From assembly GCF_030028105.1 (NCBI RefSeq), contig NC_092377.1:72632569-72696568 (forward strand): a stretch of DNA of 64,000 bases. The letters run 5' to 3'. This document shows, one piece after another, positions 1 through 12,453 of the stretch (position 1 is the stretch's first letter; the number at the start of each line of letters is the position of its first letter). Under the pieces are notes generated by a model, which was given only the letters and a program-made list of their open reading frames with translations, was not told the origin of the DNA and ran no database searches. Source of the DNA: Mobula birostris (taxonomy: Eukaryota). The position numbers and the translations under genes were made by a program.

Positions 1-633
1 GCCTTCTCCCCGTATCCCTTCTTGCCCTGACTAATCAAGAATCTATCAGCCTCTGCCTTAAGTATACATATGATTTGGCCTCCACAGCCTGTGGCAAAGA
101 ATTCCACAGATTCACCACTCTCTGGCTAAAGAAATTCCTCATTTCCATTCTAAAAGGACGCCCCTCTATTCTGAGGTTGTGTTCTCTGTCTTAGACTCTC
201 CCATCATAGGAGACATCCTCTTCACATCCAGTCTATTAAGGCCTTTCACCATACGATAGGTTTCAATGAGGTCATTTTTCATGCTTCTGAATTCTCGTCC
301 TCTCAAAATGAATGTTAACATTGCATTTGCATTCCTCTCCACAAACTCAACCTGCAAATTAACCTTTAGGGAATCCTGCACCAGGACTCACAAGTCCCTT
401 TGCACCTCAGTTCTTTGTATTTTCTCTCCATTTAGAAAATAGTCAAGCCTTTCATTTCTTCTACCAAAGTAAATGTATTCCATGTGTCATTTCTTTGCCT
501 AGTTTCCTAATCTATCTGTCCTTCCATAGCCTCTCAACTTCCTCAAAACTACATGCCCCCCACCTATCTTCATATCGTCTGCAAACTTTGCAACAAAGCC
601 ATCAATTTCATTATCTAAATCATTGACCTATAA
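1..633 (-). mobile_element. CR1 LINE 3' fragment (RT C-terminus), degenerate
   Basis: Minus-strand ORF 166-381 (DSLKVNLQVE...DLIETYRMVKGLNRLDV) matches the CR1 RT C-terminus and resembles the copies at 22050-23060 and 62593-64000. Confidence 0.85.
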
Positions 634-1254
634 TTGACATTGATAACTGCCTCCTTCTCTGCTCACCACCTCAACATGACCCAGCTTCCTTCCCAATGCA
701 TGTTTCTTATGAGAGTCCCCTTTGCTTGAAGATGGCAGAAATCAAATTGGAAAGGTGGTTAGTGATGGAGTGAGGGTTCAGATAGGCTGGAGCCATGACC
801 AGCAGTAGCCTGCAATATTTTTAGAGGCAGGTTAAAATACTATCTTCTCCTCCTAGCTCCACAGAAAATAATATAAATAAGATGCGTTGTGGTTATTATT
901 CCAGCAAATTCCTGCGGACATTTTTGGACCGTCTTGATAGATCTTGCTGAATTGAGTATGTCTGGTGCAAAATTCATTTATTCATGCAAAAAAATTCTGT
1001 TTGAAATTCCATAGCACTGATTTTGCAAAGACTAAATTCCTTATACTTGCTTATGATAAGCAGTTAATTGTTTTTTTTTTGTATATTCGTTTTGCTAAGA
1101 CAAAACTATTTACTCCATCTTCATTAATCTGCCTTGTTGTGTAAAGCACTGCATAATTGTTAGAAGTGAGTGAATCCAATCATAAATGAGGCTCTCTCTG
1201 TTCGCCTCACTGTAAATAGTTACACTGTGCAGTTTACCAACTCACAAATAAAAA

Positions 1255-1422
1255 CGGCCATTGCTGAAAATATTCTGCAGGTCAGGCAGCATTTGGGGAA
1301 ACAGAAACAAAATCTACTGGCTCAGGTTAACAGTCTTTAATCAGTGCTATTCTTTCCACAGGCACAGTCTAAGTTGGTGAGGATTTCCAGCGTTTTTGTT
1401 TTATGCTTTTGGATTAGCAGAT
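1255..1422. repeat. Highly decayed palindromic Penelope-terminal-repeat-like element
   Basis: The arms tgctgaaaatattctgcaggtcaggcagcat and gaggatttccagcgtttttgtttt resemble the inverted arms of the 20695-20858 element; no ribozyme core remains. Confidence 0.35.
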
Positions 1423-1451
1423 CATACTTGGTCTTGTCTTACCAAACTTAC

Positions 1452-1686
1452 CTTGGCACCTTTGAAGATACACACAGCCAAGTATATACAGTCCAGTTCA
1501 CACATGAGTAATATATTGATCTGGACGATAGTGAGATTTGGGGTGTCATCCAAAAACGTAAAGCGTTTGTAAACACACCCAAAATCTCCGTGCATGCAGT
1601 CAGTATCAAATCCACTTCTGTTCCAAATTTCAATATTACCAAGTCAGAGCACTTACGAAAATTGGTCTTTCCTCAAACACAAGTAT
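1452..1686 (-). other. Putative spliced exon (235 nt; 5'UTR plus possible start codon) of an unidentified host gene
   Basis: Minus-strand acceptor ttcccttttttatttgtgtattttcatactgtag| and consensus donor AAG|GTAAGT in non-repetitive sequence; ATG at 1595 is open to the donor in phase 0 (MHGDFGCVYKRF...IFKGAK) with in-frame stops upstream. Confidence 0.5.
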
Positions 1687-3469
1687 CTACAGTATGAAAA
1701 TACACAAATAAAAAAGGGAACTCATCTTCAGATTTAATATTGTTATTTGCTGTTTTTGTCCTGCCTTGAAACAAATCCTGGTTTAAGTATATGAAAGCAG
1801 AATATCATGTATTTGCAGCTGGCCATCCTGCAGCAGAGATGTTATTTGTGTCATAGAATCATAGAGCACAGGATCACGCCATGTCCATACCACCCGCTGT
1901 AACTATCTGCACAAATTCTACCCACTTTGCGATGGTAAGACAGTGGGCCATGCACGTTATTTATTGGGTATAATGAATCAGGCAGTACTCCCTTCACAGT
2001 CATCAACGTGAAGGCCATGACACAGTGAAGTATACCAGGGTGACAAGAAGACTGCTACATCACAATCTGACCGTATTTCCTCAAATCATTCTCAGATCAA
2101 AACCTTGCCTTTCATCTGCAAACTATGGGAGGTTCACTCTTACTGTGAAACTATCACACTGTTTCAGATTCTTCATTTATCGAGGTAATTGTGAATCAAA
2201 ATCAATTGTGAGCAGAAAATAGCAAACGGCCATTGCACAAGATTGATATCCTCTCTGCATTATACTTGATAGACCACTCAAACATGACCCCTGTTAAAAT
2301 ACATAGGGTTATGAGGTGAAGTCAGATCTTACCTGATATAGGAGTCAGAGCTGATCTCGACTAATGATTTACAATTGACATTCATGTCAAGGCAGGGACT
2401 GAGCTGTGGTATCTCTGCTTGGCAGCTGTCTCAACTATCTCTCTTCCATTCCACCTGCTCATTCATAACACCCAGCAGCCATGGAAAATGGATAAAACTG
2501 TCACACTGACTTATGCTTTAGAGGTCTCAAGAGGAAGCCCCAAAGTTATCCAAAGGAATAAATCTAATCCTCACAAGCAGCAGCTCTCTAAATTTTACAA
2601 GTCATTTAAATCCTTTTGGTAATGGCTTTGCTTCATTTCCATGATACTGGACAATGAAGTTTTTGAAGGAATGGTTAGGATTATTCCCACTGCTAGATTT
2701 TATTAGTGGCCTAATAACATTTACTGTGGCTCAGTGTATAACTAAAGCATTTTCTTTAAGTTAATTCCCTTGAGGACCTGCGGCTCTAAAGTTGCACATT
2801 GGTGCTGTTTTTTTGTGAGAGTACACATATTTATCAGATTTGTGAATAGCAGATCCCAGTTAGCATTTTGATTAAATCTTGCCAAGGGGGTATTACCAGC
2901 CCAGGAATTCTTCTATGATAATGCAGCAATGAAGGAGCATTAAGTGATGTAACGCTAGTGGGGGTAAGGATCTGGGGCACTTCCAAGTTGCTGGTTTCAA
3001 TCCAGTCTGCACAAGTAATAATGCTGGCTAAAGATCTTTAAAGAGCATGGTCTGTCAGAATTTACAGCAACACAAGATTGCTCCAAAATGTAACTGTCTC
3101 ACTTGAACGGATATTACAGATATGTAATTAGATAAATGAAACATTTATATCAATAGTTGCCAACTTTCAATAGGAATGAGTTAACAACTGAGGAACTTGA
3201 CATCAGCTTCAAATTCACAGGAAGTGGTGCACAGCACAAGGTGGGGGAGAATTTGAATCCATTAATTTAACTGTGGTTGTGGACTGGAATCCTGCCAGGT
3301 TCTGGCAAGGCGATCGTTAAAACATTGCAATTATCTCCAAGGTGATTGTTTCTGACTCGCCAAATTGTTATCCAATTTTGGAGTTAAATCAATGGGTTCT
3401 GACCTCTTGTTCCACATGGAGTACCAGCAACTTAAAGTGTTGGAATTTGAACCCAAATGCCACTTTAAT

Positions 3470-3780
3470 TAATATATTGCCTTTAATGTACAAAAATGTT
3501 CCAAGGTGCTTCCCCTGAGCAATCATCAGGTAAAATTCCTCTACATGTTAGGACAACTCAAACAGATACTCTATGTTTTCAATAGTGTCTTAAAGGAGAT
3601 GCAACAAGGCTCAGAGAAGGATTTTTGGAGTTTTTATTGCTGAGCAGCCAAAAGGTTGGAATTAGAGAGGAGTGAATTTGTAGGCCAGGATGGACATTTT
3701 AGAATGCAGGCATTGTTCGACCGAGGGTCAATGAACTGCACATGTGGAGGAGGAGGCCAGAAGTGGATTACTTTTAGTCT
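3470..3780 (-). mobile_element. Ancient L2-like LINE 3' end
   Basis: atattgcctttaatgtacaaaaatgttccaaggtgcttc resembles a reversed L2 3' terminus; related to 31590-32170. Confidence 0.4.
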
Positions 3781-4194
3781 TATCCCACTGCATGACACGG
3801 GCAGCCTCACATCCAGGATACTTGGATTTCTCCTCCAGCTCTCTTCAGTTGATGCTTGAAATGGAACGTTCATTGTACCATTTAAAGTAGGTCATGAATT
3901 TGCAGTCAAAGACTATTGTAGAGATGCTCGGGACTTTGCTAAATGTAGATATTTCTGAATAAAGTGTGTTTACCTATGTGAATGGGTTAAAATTTGGAAC
4001 GAAGGTCAGGATTTTCAGAGAAAAATTCCCTGCTGAAAGTAGCATGTAGAAATACACTCAAATACTTTGTGTATTTCAACTTATATATATTACTTTAATG
4101 CTTTAATTTTTTTAATATTCATTCACAGGATTTAATCACAGCCAGCCATATTGTCCAGCTACCTTTCAAAAGAATAACTTCTGGGACATTCAAA

Positions 4195-4490
4195 AGAATG
4201 ATTAAGGAAAGGAATGGCTTGCTCCATCATTCAATAATGGGTGATCATCTATCTCAGTACCACATTCCCACTCTCTACCTATAACCCTTCATGAGTTTTT
4301 CATCTAGAAATCTACCTCTTTCTTAAATATATTCAATAATAGTCTCTACCGTCTTCTGGGGTAGTGAGTTCCACGGTTTGAAGACCTTCTGTGTGCAGAA
4401 ACTTGTCTCCTCATAGTCCTATATCTCTTGGCCTGGAACCTGAAACTGTGACTACACCCCCCTCCCCCAATTCTAGGAGAATATCCAGTC
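4195..4490 (-). mobile_element. Old CR1 3' UTR/RT-end fragment
   Basis: Similar to the reversed CR1 tails at 1-170 and 62600-62900 (e.g. ttctggggtagtgagttccac...ccttctgtgtgcagaaac). Confidence 0.5.
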
Positions 4491-4569
4491 TGCAATACAA
4501 CAACAGTTAACCAGCTATAGATCTTGGGGAAATATAGGATTAACCTGATAGAAATCTCTAGAAAATGTT

Positions 4570-4778
4570 ATTGTACCAGAAAGGTGTGGACAATGATCTA
4601 ATGATGTCAGAGACACCAGTACTGTTGCTGCTTTTGTCTTCAGCACTACAATTTATTTGATTTACTGAATTCAAATTCCTCAGCTGTCATGGTGATATTT
4701 GATCTTATGTCTGCAGTTTATCAATAGCGATCTCTATATTGTCAGTTCAGTGACATGACCTCTAAGTTATCATACCAC
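4570..4778 (-). mobile_element. Old tRNA-derived SINE relic
   Basis: actgaattcaaattcctcagctgtcatggtgatatttgatc reads as a decayed B box on the minus strand, with an A-box-like remnant near 4765. Confidence 0.35.
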
Positions 4779-4933
4779 AAATGGAAATTCTAATCAATTT
4801 CTAACATTGTTGGTTCATCCATTTGACATTACAAATTAATGGAAATGTTGTAAGAAATCTAGCTGTCAAAATGGGCCCAGATGGTTCCCTCTCTTGATCC
4901 TCAAAGACAAGCAAACGTGGACTTTACTCCAGT

Positions 4934-5549
4934 AGCACATACAAAATGCTGGAGGAACTCAGCAGGCCAGACATTATCCATGGAAAAAAAGTACAGTTGA
5001 CATTTTGGGCTGAAACCCTTCAGCAGAGCTGGAGAAATAAAGGCTGAGCTCTAGATTTAAAAGGTGGGGGAGGGGAGGGAGAAACCCTAGGTCATAGGTG
5101 AAAGCTGGAGTGGGAGGGATGAAGTAAAGAGCTGGGAAGTTGATGAAAGAGACAGAAGGCCGTGGAAGAAAGAACACCAGAGGCCAGACAAGGAGATGAG
5201 GTGAGAGAGGGAAAAGGGGTTGGGAAATGGTGAAGGGGGCCAGGGGTGCTGTGGGCATTACCAGAAGTTGGAGAAATCGATATTCATGCCATCAGGTTGG
5301 AGGCTACCCAAAAAGAATATAAGGTGTTGTTCCTCCAACCTAAGTGTGGCCTCATCATGACAGTGGAGGAGGCCATGGATGGACATATCGGAATGGGAAT
5401 GAAAGTGGAATTAAAATGGGGAGATCCTGCTTGTTCTGGTGGTCAGAGCGTAAATGCTCAGCAAAGCGGTTCCCAGTCTACGTCAGGTCTCACCGACACA
5501 CAAGAAGCCACACCGGGTGCACCAAACACAGTAAATGACCCCAACAGAT
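4934..5549 (-). mobile_element. Penelope-like element 3' fragment (GIY-YIG C-terminus plus terminal repeat with a dead hammerhead)
   Basis: Reverse complement of about 24750-25447; at 4994-5030 the ribozyme core reads CUGCUGA...AAAA-U-GUC (mutated). Confidence 0.85.
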
Positions 5550-5974
5550 TCCCATCTGTCTTGGGCCTCCGATTAAATCCAGTGCCAAGTACTTCTCCCT
5601 TCAGTGGTTCCCCTTTACCTGCTTGTCCCACCTGCCCATTGCTCCTTCACCCTTACACTAAGGTCCACCTCTGCTGCATCCCTCTTTTACTGTAGTTTAC
5701 TTGTTACTGCATATGTACAAATGTGCTAGTTGGTACCCATTTCCCAACCTTCTTTTTATTCTCTATCCTATTGCACTCTGTAACCTCTGTAGCCCACTGA
5801 TCCTCAACTAAGGTTCTTCAGAAGCCATAGAAATGGGTGACTTTAAAAAAAAACATGGTTTCCTGTAATTATGCAAAGACAAACAATCATTATATTGTTG
5901 ATTAAAACATACAGCTGGCATTCATTTTAAAAATTAAAATTTCAGGATTTCTTGAACAAAAACAGAAGATCTGC

Positions 5975-6140
5975 TTGTTATAACAGTGTGCTGTGGGAGC
6001 TTTCTGTGTGCAGGTTGACTATTGTTTTTACTATATTACAACAATAATCTCAAATGGAAAATAATTAGTTGGCTGAAAAGCTATTTAGGACTCCCTGAAG
6101 TTGTGACAAATCACATGAGGCTATTCCTTTTCCTTTCTAG
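5975..6140 (+). mobile_element. DeuSINE-like (AmnSINE1/SacSINE1-type) 3' part
   Basis: tgctgtgggagctttctgtgtgcag...ttacaaca...ttggctgaaaagctatttaggactccctgaagttgtga resembles the recalled Deu domain plus an L2-like tail. Confidence 0.55.
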
Positions 6141-6529
6141 TTTTCAGAATAAGCTTTTCATTGGCTTTTTGCCATTCTCCCGGGGGCCTGTGGCTTATGT
6201 GCCGTCCAATGCCATCCTGTTTAATGATGAGTTTCTTCGCCCCTTTTCTCTCTGTGTTGTTATGCTATTGGCCTGCTGGACATCTAGTGCTTTTTCACAG
6301 CTGTAGCTCCTCTGTAGCTGTGTTCCCTCCACCACTGAATACCCAAACACAATACGGATCTGAATCTTCCCATCTTGGTAGACAGACCTGACTCCTGCTC
6401 CTGCACCAGCCCTTGCATCCTCATGCTTGCAGACTCTTCCTCAATTACCACTATTCCACGCCGTCACCTCACTCATAACAATCTCCCCTTCCTTCACAGT
6501 GAAAAGCACAATCAAAGCTCATGGACTTT

Positions 6530-7272
6530 TTAAGGGGATAATGTTCGAAGCAATGAAGTTATGTTTTGGACCATGCATTTAGGTTACTTTGCCTGACATT
6601 GGTCTCCGTGTTATAAGATGTTGAAATGCAGTACGATTAGTGCAAAAATAAATTTTTAAGGATGTGGCCTGTACTGTGATGGTGTGTAAAAGAATATTGG
6701 GCAGACTGGGGTGAATTTTTTTCATAAAAGATTTGCCAGAGACCCACTAGAGGACTTTGAAATCATGACTGAACTCAAAAGGATACTTACAGAGACAATT
6801 TTTATCATTCAAAAGAATTCAGAATTCAAGGCCATAAATGCAAATTGTTTTTAATCCAAATGAGCACTGAGGACTGATTTCATTACTCATGGTGGGAGTG
6901 TGGGACTCCTTCCCGCTGGCATTGATTCAGGCAAGTTGCTTAGATATTTTCAAAAAGAAAATAGATGACCTCACATGGGGAAGATTTCACATGTGAGAGA
7001 GTTATGAGCAAGGGGATATAGATACATATCAGGTGCTGGTTATTTAGTGACGTAGAAAATTCTTCTCTCAGAGAGAAAGGAATCTCAGGAATTCTCTGCC
7101 ACCATGGGTGGCAAAGGCCAGATCATTAGATAAATTTAAGATGAAGGTCAAAAAATATTTCAAAAATCAAGGAGCTGGCACAGAAGAGGAGCCAAGATCA
7201 ACATCGATCAGCCACAGTGGGGCAGGCTCGAGGGGCCTTGTTCATGACTCCAGCTCGTTTTGTCTTATGTGC
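6530..7272 (+). mobile_element. Degenerate CR1 3' fragments
   Basis: Decayed RT C-terminal sequence plus a CR1-type 3' UTR (gatcagccac...ggggcaggctcgaggggcc...tcttatgt). Confidence 0.55.
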
Positions 7273-7730
7273 TGACAGATTGAGATCAAGTAGAGGAAAT
7301 AGGTGGAGAATTGTGAGGAGTTTATTTGGGCAATGATAGTCTGCCAAATGTGCAGTTGATGGAATTCCTCCTTTTCTGCCCCACCTCTAACATCAGGCTT
7401 TACTGCCTTTTCACCCACGGCCTCTCATTCTCAGCACTCTGTTCTGCTACCCATTCTTTCCCTCCACATCAGCTGCTGATCCTCTGCTTGAATGACTCTC
7501 AAGCTACCAACTTGATTAGAAACACAGCTCCAGGCTATTTGTGCAAAGGGAAAGAATTCAATTTTTTTGTGGATTTGAATCCCTGACTCCTGCATTCCAC
7601 ATCCAAGCTTGATCAGTTGCTTGATCCCTGACTTACACTCTATTTCTACAAAATGTCTGTTTCTCCAAGCCTCAGCTTCTCTCCCTCTCACAGAGAATTA
7701 TGTGGCTATAAGTTCCAAAGAGCCTCTTTG

Positions 7731-8198
7731 TGGAGATTTTGTGGACCTGAGAAGGACACCCGCATGGTTTGTTGCCTCCTGGGTGCCAGGGTCCAGGATG
7801 TCTCTGACTGGGTGCATGACATCCTGGTACGAGAGGGAAAGCAACCAGAAGTCGTGATACATGTAGGGACCAACAACATAGGCAGGAAGAGGGATGAGGC
7901 CCTGAAGTGTGAGTTTCGGGAACTAGGCAGAAAGCTGAAGAACAGGACCTCAAGGGTGGCGTTCTCAGGATTGCTGCCAGTGCTACGTGACAGTGATGGT
8001 GAGAATTGGAGGAGATGGCAGTTGAATACATGGCTGAGGAGTTGGTGCAGGGGGCAGGGTTTTAGATTTTTAGATCATTGGGATCTCTTCTGGGGAAGGT
8101 GGGACCTGTACAGATTGGTTGGGTTGCACCTGAACTCGAGAGGGAGCAATATCCTTGCAGGTAGGTTCGCTAGCATGGTTCAGGAGGGTTTAAACTAA
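7731..8198 (+). pseudogene. CR1 ORF1 SGNH-esterase domain (5'-truncated)
   Basis: LGARVQDV, VVIHVGTNNIG, FLDHWDLFWGR, VGLHLNSRG (DxxH block with D changed to V). Confidence 0.88.
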
Positions 8199-8233
8199 TT
8201 TGCAAGGGGGATGGGACCCGGAGTGATAGAGCA

Positions 8234-11065
8234 GTGAAAGAAGTGCATGGAGTAAAGCCAGATCTAACATATAGAGAGGCTTTGAGGAAAGAGAAGCAGA
8301 ATAAACGGCGTAAAGACAGTAAGGTAGAAGGGCTGAAGTGTGTGTACCTCAATGCAAGAAGCATCAGGAACAAAGGTGATGAACTGAGAGCTTGGATACA
8401 TACATGGAATTATGATGTAGTGGCCATTACAGAGACTTGGCTAGCACCAGGGCAGGAATGGATTCTCAATATTCCTGGATTTCAGTGCTTTAAAAGGGAT
8501 AGAGAGGGCGGGAAAAGGGGAGGAGGGGTGGCATTACTGGTCAGGGATACTATTACAGCTACAGAAAGGGTGAGTAATGTAGCAGGATCCTCTTTTGAGT
8601 CAGTATGGGTGGAAGTCAGGAACAGGAAGGGAGCAGATACTCTACTGGGGGTATTCTATAGGCCCCCTTGTAGTAGCAGAGATACAGAGGAGCAGATTGG
8701 GAGGCAGATTTTGGAAAGGTGCAAAAATAACAGGGTTGTTATCATGGGTGACTTTAACTTCTCTAAAATTGATTGGCACCTGATTAGTTCCAAAGGTTTA
8801 GATGGGGCAGAGTTCGCTAAGTGTGTCCAGGATGGATTCCTGTCACAGTATGTGTACAGGCCGACTAGGGGGAATGCCATACTAGATCTAGTACTTGGTA
8901 ATGAACCGGGTCAGGTCACAGATCTCTCAGTGGGTGAGCACCTGGGGGACAGTGACCACCGCTCCCTGGCCTTTAGCATTATCATAGAAAAGGATAGAAT
9001 CAGAGAGGACAGGAAAATTTTTAATTGGGGAAGGGCAAATTATGAGGCTATAAGGCTAGAACTTGCGGGTGTGAATTGGGATGATGTTTTTGCAGGGAAA
9101 TGTACTATGGACATGTGGTCATTGTTTAGGGATCTCTTGCAGGATGTTAGGGATAAATTTGTCCCGGTGAGGAAAGTAAAGAATGGTAGGGTGAAGGAAC
9201 CATGGGTGACAAATGAGGTGGAAAATCTAGTCAGGTGGAAGAAGGCATCATACATGAGGTTTAGGAAGCAAGGATCAGATGGATCTATTGAGGAATATAG
9301 GGAAGCAAGAAAGGAGCTTAAGAAGGGGCTGAGAAGAGCAAGAAGGGTTCATGAGAAGGCCTTGGCGAGGAGGGTAAAGGAATACCTCAAGGCATTCTTC
9401 AATTATGTGAAGAAAAAATGGATGACAGGAGTGAAGGTAGGACCGATTAGAGATAAAGGTGGGAAGGTGTGCCTGGAGGCTGTGGAAGTGAGCGAGGTCC
9501 TCAATGAATACTTCTCTTCGGTATTCACCAATGAGAGGGAACTTGATGATAGTGAGGACAATATGAGTGAGGTTGATGTTCTGGAGCATGTTGATATTAA
9601 GGGAGAGGAGGTGTTGGAGTTGTTAAAATACATTAGGACAGATAAGTACCCGGGGCCTGACGGAATATTCCCCAGGCTGCTTCACGAGATGAGGGAAGAG
9701 ATGCTGAGCCTTTAGCTAGGATCTTTATGTCCTCGTTGTCCACGGGAATGGTACCGGAGGATTGGAGGGAGGCGAATGTTGTCCCCTTGTTCAAAAAAGG
9801 TAGTGGGGATAGTCCGGGTAATTATAGACCAGTGAGCCTTATGTCTGTGGTGGGAAAGCTGTTGGAAAAGATTCTTAGAGATAGGATCTCTGGGCATTTA
9901 GAGAATCATGGTCTGATCAGGGACAGTCACCATGGCTTTGTGAAGGGCAGATCGTGTCTAACAAGCCTGATAGAGTTCTTTGAGGTGGTGACCGGGCATA
10001 TAGATGAGGGTAGTACAGTGATGTGATCTATATGGACTTTCGTAAGGCATTTGACAAGGTTCCACATGGTAGGCTTATTCAGAAAGTCAGAAGGCATGGG
10101 ATCCAGGGAAGTTTGGCCAGGTGGATTCAGAATTGGCTTGCCTGCAGAAGGCAGAGGGTCGTGGTGGAGGGCGTACATTCAGATTGGAGGATTGTGACTA
10201 GTGGTGTCCCACAAGGATCTGTTATGGGACCTCTACTTTTTGTGATTTTTATTAACGACCTGGATGTGGGGGTAGAAGGGTGGGTTGGCAAGTTTGCAGA
10301 TGACGCAAAGGTTGGTGGTGTTGTAGATAGTGTATAGGATTGTCAAAGATTGCAGAGAGACATTGATAGGATGCAGAAGTGGGCTGAGAAGTGGCAGATG
10401 GAGTTCAACCCAGAGACAAACTCCAAGGCAGAGTACAAAGTAAATGGCAGGATACTTGGTAGTGTGGAGGAGCAGAGGGATCTGGGGGTACATGTCCACA
10501 GATCCCTGAAAGTTGCCTCGCAGGTGGATAGGGTAGTTAAGAAAGCTTATGGGGTGTTAGCTTTCATAAGTCGAGGGATAGAGTTTAAGAGTCGCGAAGT
10601 AATGATGCAGCTCTATAAAACTCTGGTTAGGCCACACGTGGAGTACTGTGTCCAGTTCTGGTCGCCTCACTATAGGAAGGATGTGGAAGCATTGGAAAGG
10701 GTACAGAGGAGATTTACCAGAATGCTGCCTGGTTTAGAGAGTATGCATTATGATCAGAGATTAAGGGAGCTAGGGCTTTACTCTTTGGAGAGGAGGAAGA
10801 TGAGAGGAGACATGATAGAGGTGTACAAGATATTAAGAGGAATAGATAGAGTGGATAGCTAGCGCCTCTTCCCCAGGGCACCACTGCTCAATACAAGAGG
10901 ACATGGTTTTAAGGTAAGGGGTGGGAAGTTCAAGGGGGATATTAGAGGAAGGTTTTTTACTCAGAGAGTGTTGGTGCGTGGAATGCACTGCCTGAGTCAG
11001 TGGTGGAGGCAGATACTCTAGTGAAATTTAAGAGACTACTAGACAGGTATATGGAGGAATTTAAG
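8234..11065 (+). pseudogene. CR1 ORF2 (APE endonuclease plus reverse transcriptase), disrupted
   Basis: [60 protein letters not shown]; 493 aa open, then frameshifts near 9710 and 10020, stops at 10337 and 10862, and a 27-bp deletion near 10415. Confidence 0.93.
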
Positions 11066-11231
11066 GTGGGGGTTATATGGGAGGTAGGGTTTGAGGGTCG
11101 GCACAACATTGTGGGCCGAAGGGTCTGTACTGTGCTATTCTATTCTATGTTCTATGTCTCCTTTCTCACATTACAGTCTTCACACATCCAGTGACAGCAG
11201 TGGCTACAATTTTGTTGCACTTAAAATTAGC

Positions 11232-11356
11232 ACATGGATGATAGAAAAATGAAGAACTACGTAGGGTTAGATTGATCGTTGGTTAGAGTAGGTTAAAAGG
11301 TCAGCACAATATTGTGGGTCAAAGGGCCTGTACTGTGCTCTACTGTTCTATGTTAC
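11232..11356 (+). mobile_element. Short CR1 3' tail
   Basis: ggtcagcacaatattgtgggtcaaagggcctgtactgtgctctactgttctatgtt parallels the tail at 11096-11156. Confidence 0.75.
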
Positions 11357-11734
11357 AAGATCAAGTCAAATATCCAAAAAAGAGAAAACTAATAAGCAGC
11401 AGGTGAGAGAGCTGTCACAAATATGAATCATCTTTAAGACATGTGAGAAGAGAGGAAAAATAATGCAGTAAGTTGACAATCCAGAAGCAGGCAGATTGCA
11501 ATAATTGAAGTGTGCAGGAGCAAGACATGCAGAAAGTTAAAACCAGGTAGACTGAGGAGAATGACGCTCAAACCCAAAGATGGTTAGGATAAGATAATCA
11601 TATAAAAATGTTTCATGATCAATGACAGGGAAAAAAGTAAAGAGCTATAATATATATGGTAATCTAAAAGAAAGGCTACAAGACATATCCAGAGAAAGCA
11701 TAATGCAGAATTTGTTCCACTGCACGCAGTCAGA

Positions 11735-12140
11735 AACACACAACTTCCATGACCTGGATCAACATGTTGGCATCATGTGGAGGCTTGCATGTTTCAAGGA
11801 CTCCATCAGAAGATGCCGAATTAGGGCCACCCAGATTGGAACGGGTGTGGACAAGATGCCAGACGAAGATTGATCCAACCTTAGCTCCCGAACAGACAGA
11901 CTCGCATCTGCCCCTCCTGGGCCACACTTCATCATGCATTAAGCCAAATTTTCAACCCCAGATTGCCCCTGTGGTGCCTCAACCCAGGACGTCCTCCCCC
12001 TGGTCCAAACATGTCCTCTGACCAAGATCCGGAACAGTTTTGCCACGGTCCATCGACGCAGCCGTCAGTTGGTGGAGTGGCTTGACAAAAAACATTTAGA
12101 AGTGTGAAGAGAAAAACACCTGCTGTATGAAACAACAAGA
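11735..12140 (+). mobile_element. I-group (Ingi/Vingi-like) LINE 3' fragment
   Basis: Translates to DCPCGASTQDVLPLVQTCPLTKI...LVEWLDKKHLEV* (decayed CCHC knuckle), then a short UTR and an AAC-rich tail. Confidence 0.55.
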
Positions 12141-12152
12141 AACGTAAAATAC

Positions 12153-12453
12153 GGACCGGCTGGTGGCACAATGACATCAGATCTGGACTCTGGAACGGAG
12201 GTGCCCGGGTTCGAACCCAATCGGGTCTGCTCCCGAGTACACTTCCCATCCGTGCCGGGTTGAGTGTCGAGATCGCAACTCAACCTCGTAAAATGAAAGG
12301 AAAAATTACTGTGAAATGTCTGTGTGAGGAGTGACGTGCCATACAGTCTCTCTCTCTCACTTCACGCCTTATAAAGACATGGAAAAGACGTCATCGCGTC
12401 AACATCGCACAGGTAGAGACGCACGCACGCAAGGCGCACACGCCAAAAAAAAC
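12153..12453 (+). mobile_element. tRNA-derived SINE with A-rich tail
   Basis: A box TGGCACAATGA (12164), B box GGTTCGAACCC (12208-12218), A8 tail, TSD cgtaaaatac (12143-12152) / cgcaaaatac (12454-12463). Confidence 0.85.

Larger units (their letters stand above)
7731..11156 (+). mobile_element. Young, 5'-truncated CR1 LINE (ORF1 C-terminus, ORF2, (TTCTATG)n tail)
   Basis: SGNH esterase ORF1, APE plus RT ORF2, tail ttctattctatgttctatg; candidate TSD tctccctctcaca (7680-7692) / tctcctttctcaca (11157-11170). Confidence 0.95.

Noticed and set aside
2328-2530. Minus-strand donor CAG|GTAAG near 2332
   Set aside because: No convincing partner acceptor or reading frame
5246-5695. 149-aa ORF
   Set aside because: Antisense shadow of the Penelope GIY-YIG fragment
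12153-12225. tRNA gene (likewise the heads at 31375-31447 and 35023-35095)
   Set aside because: A/B boxes are present, but the sequence continues into a SINE body and tail (TSDs seen for the 12153 and 35023 copies); no convincing cloverleaf
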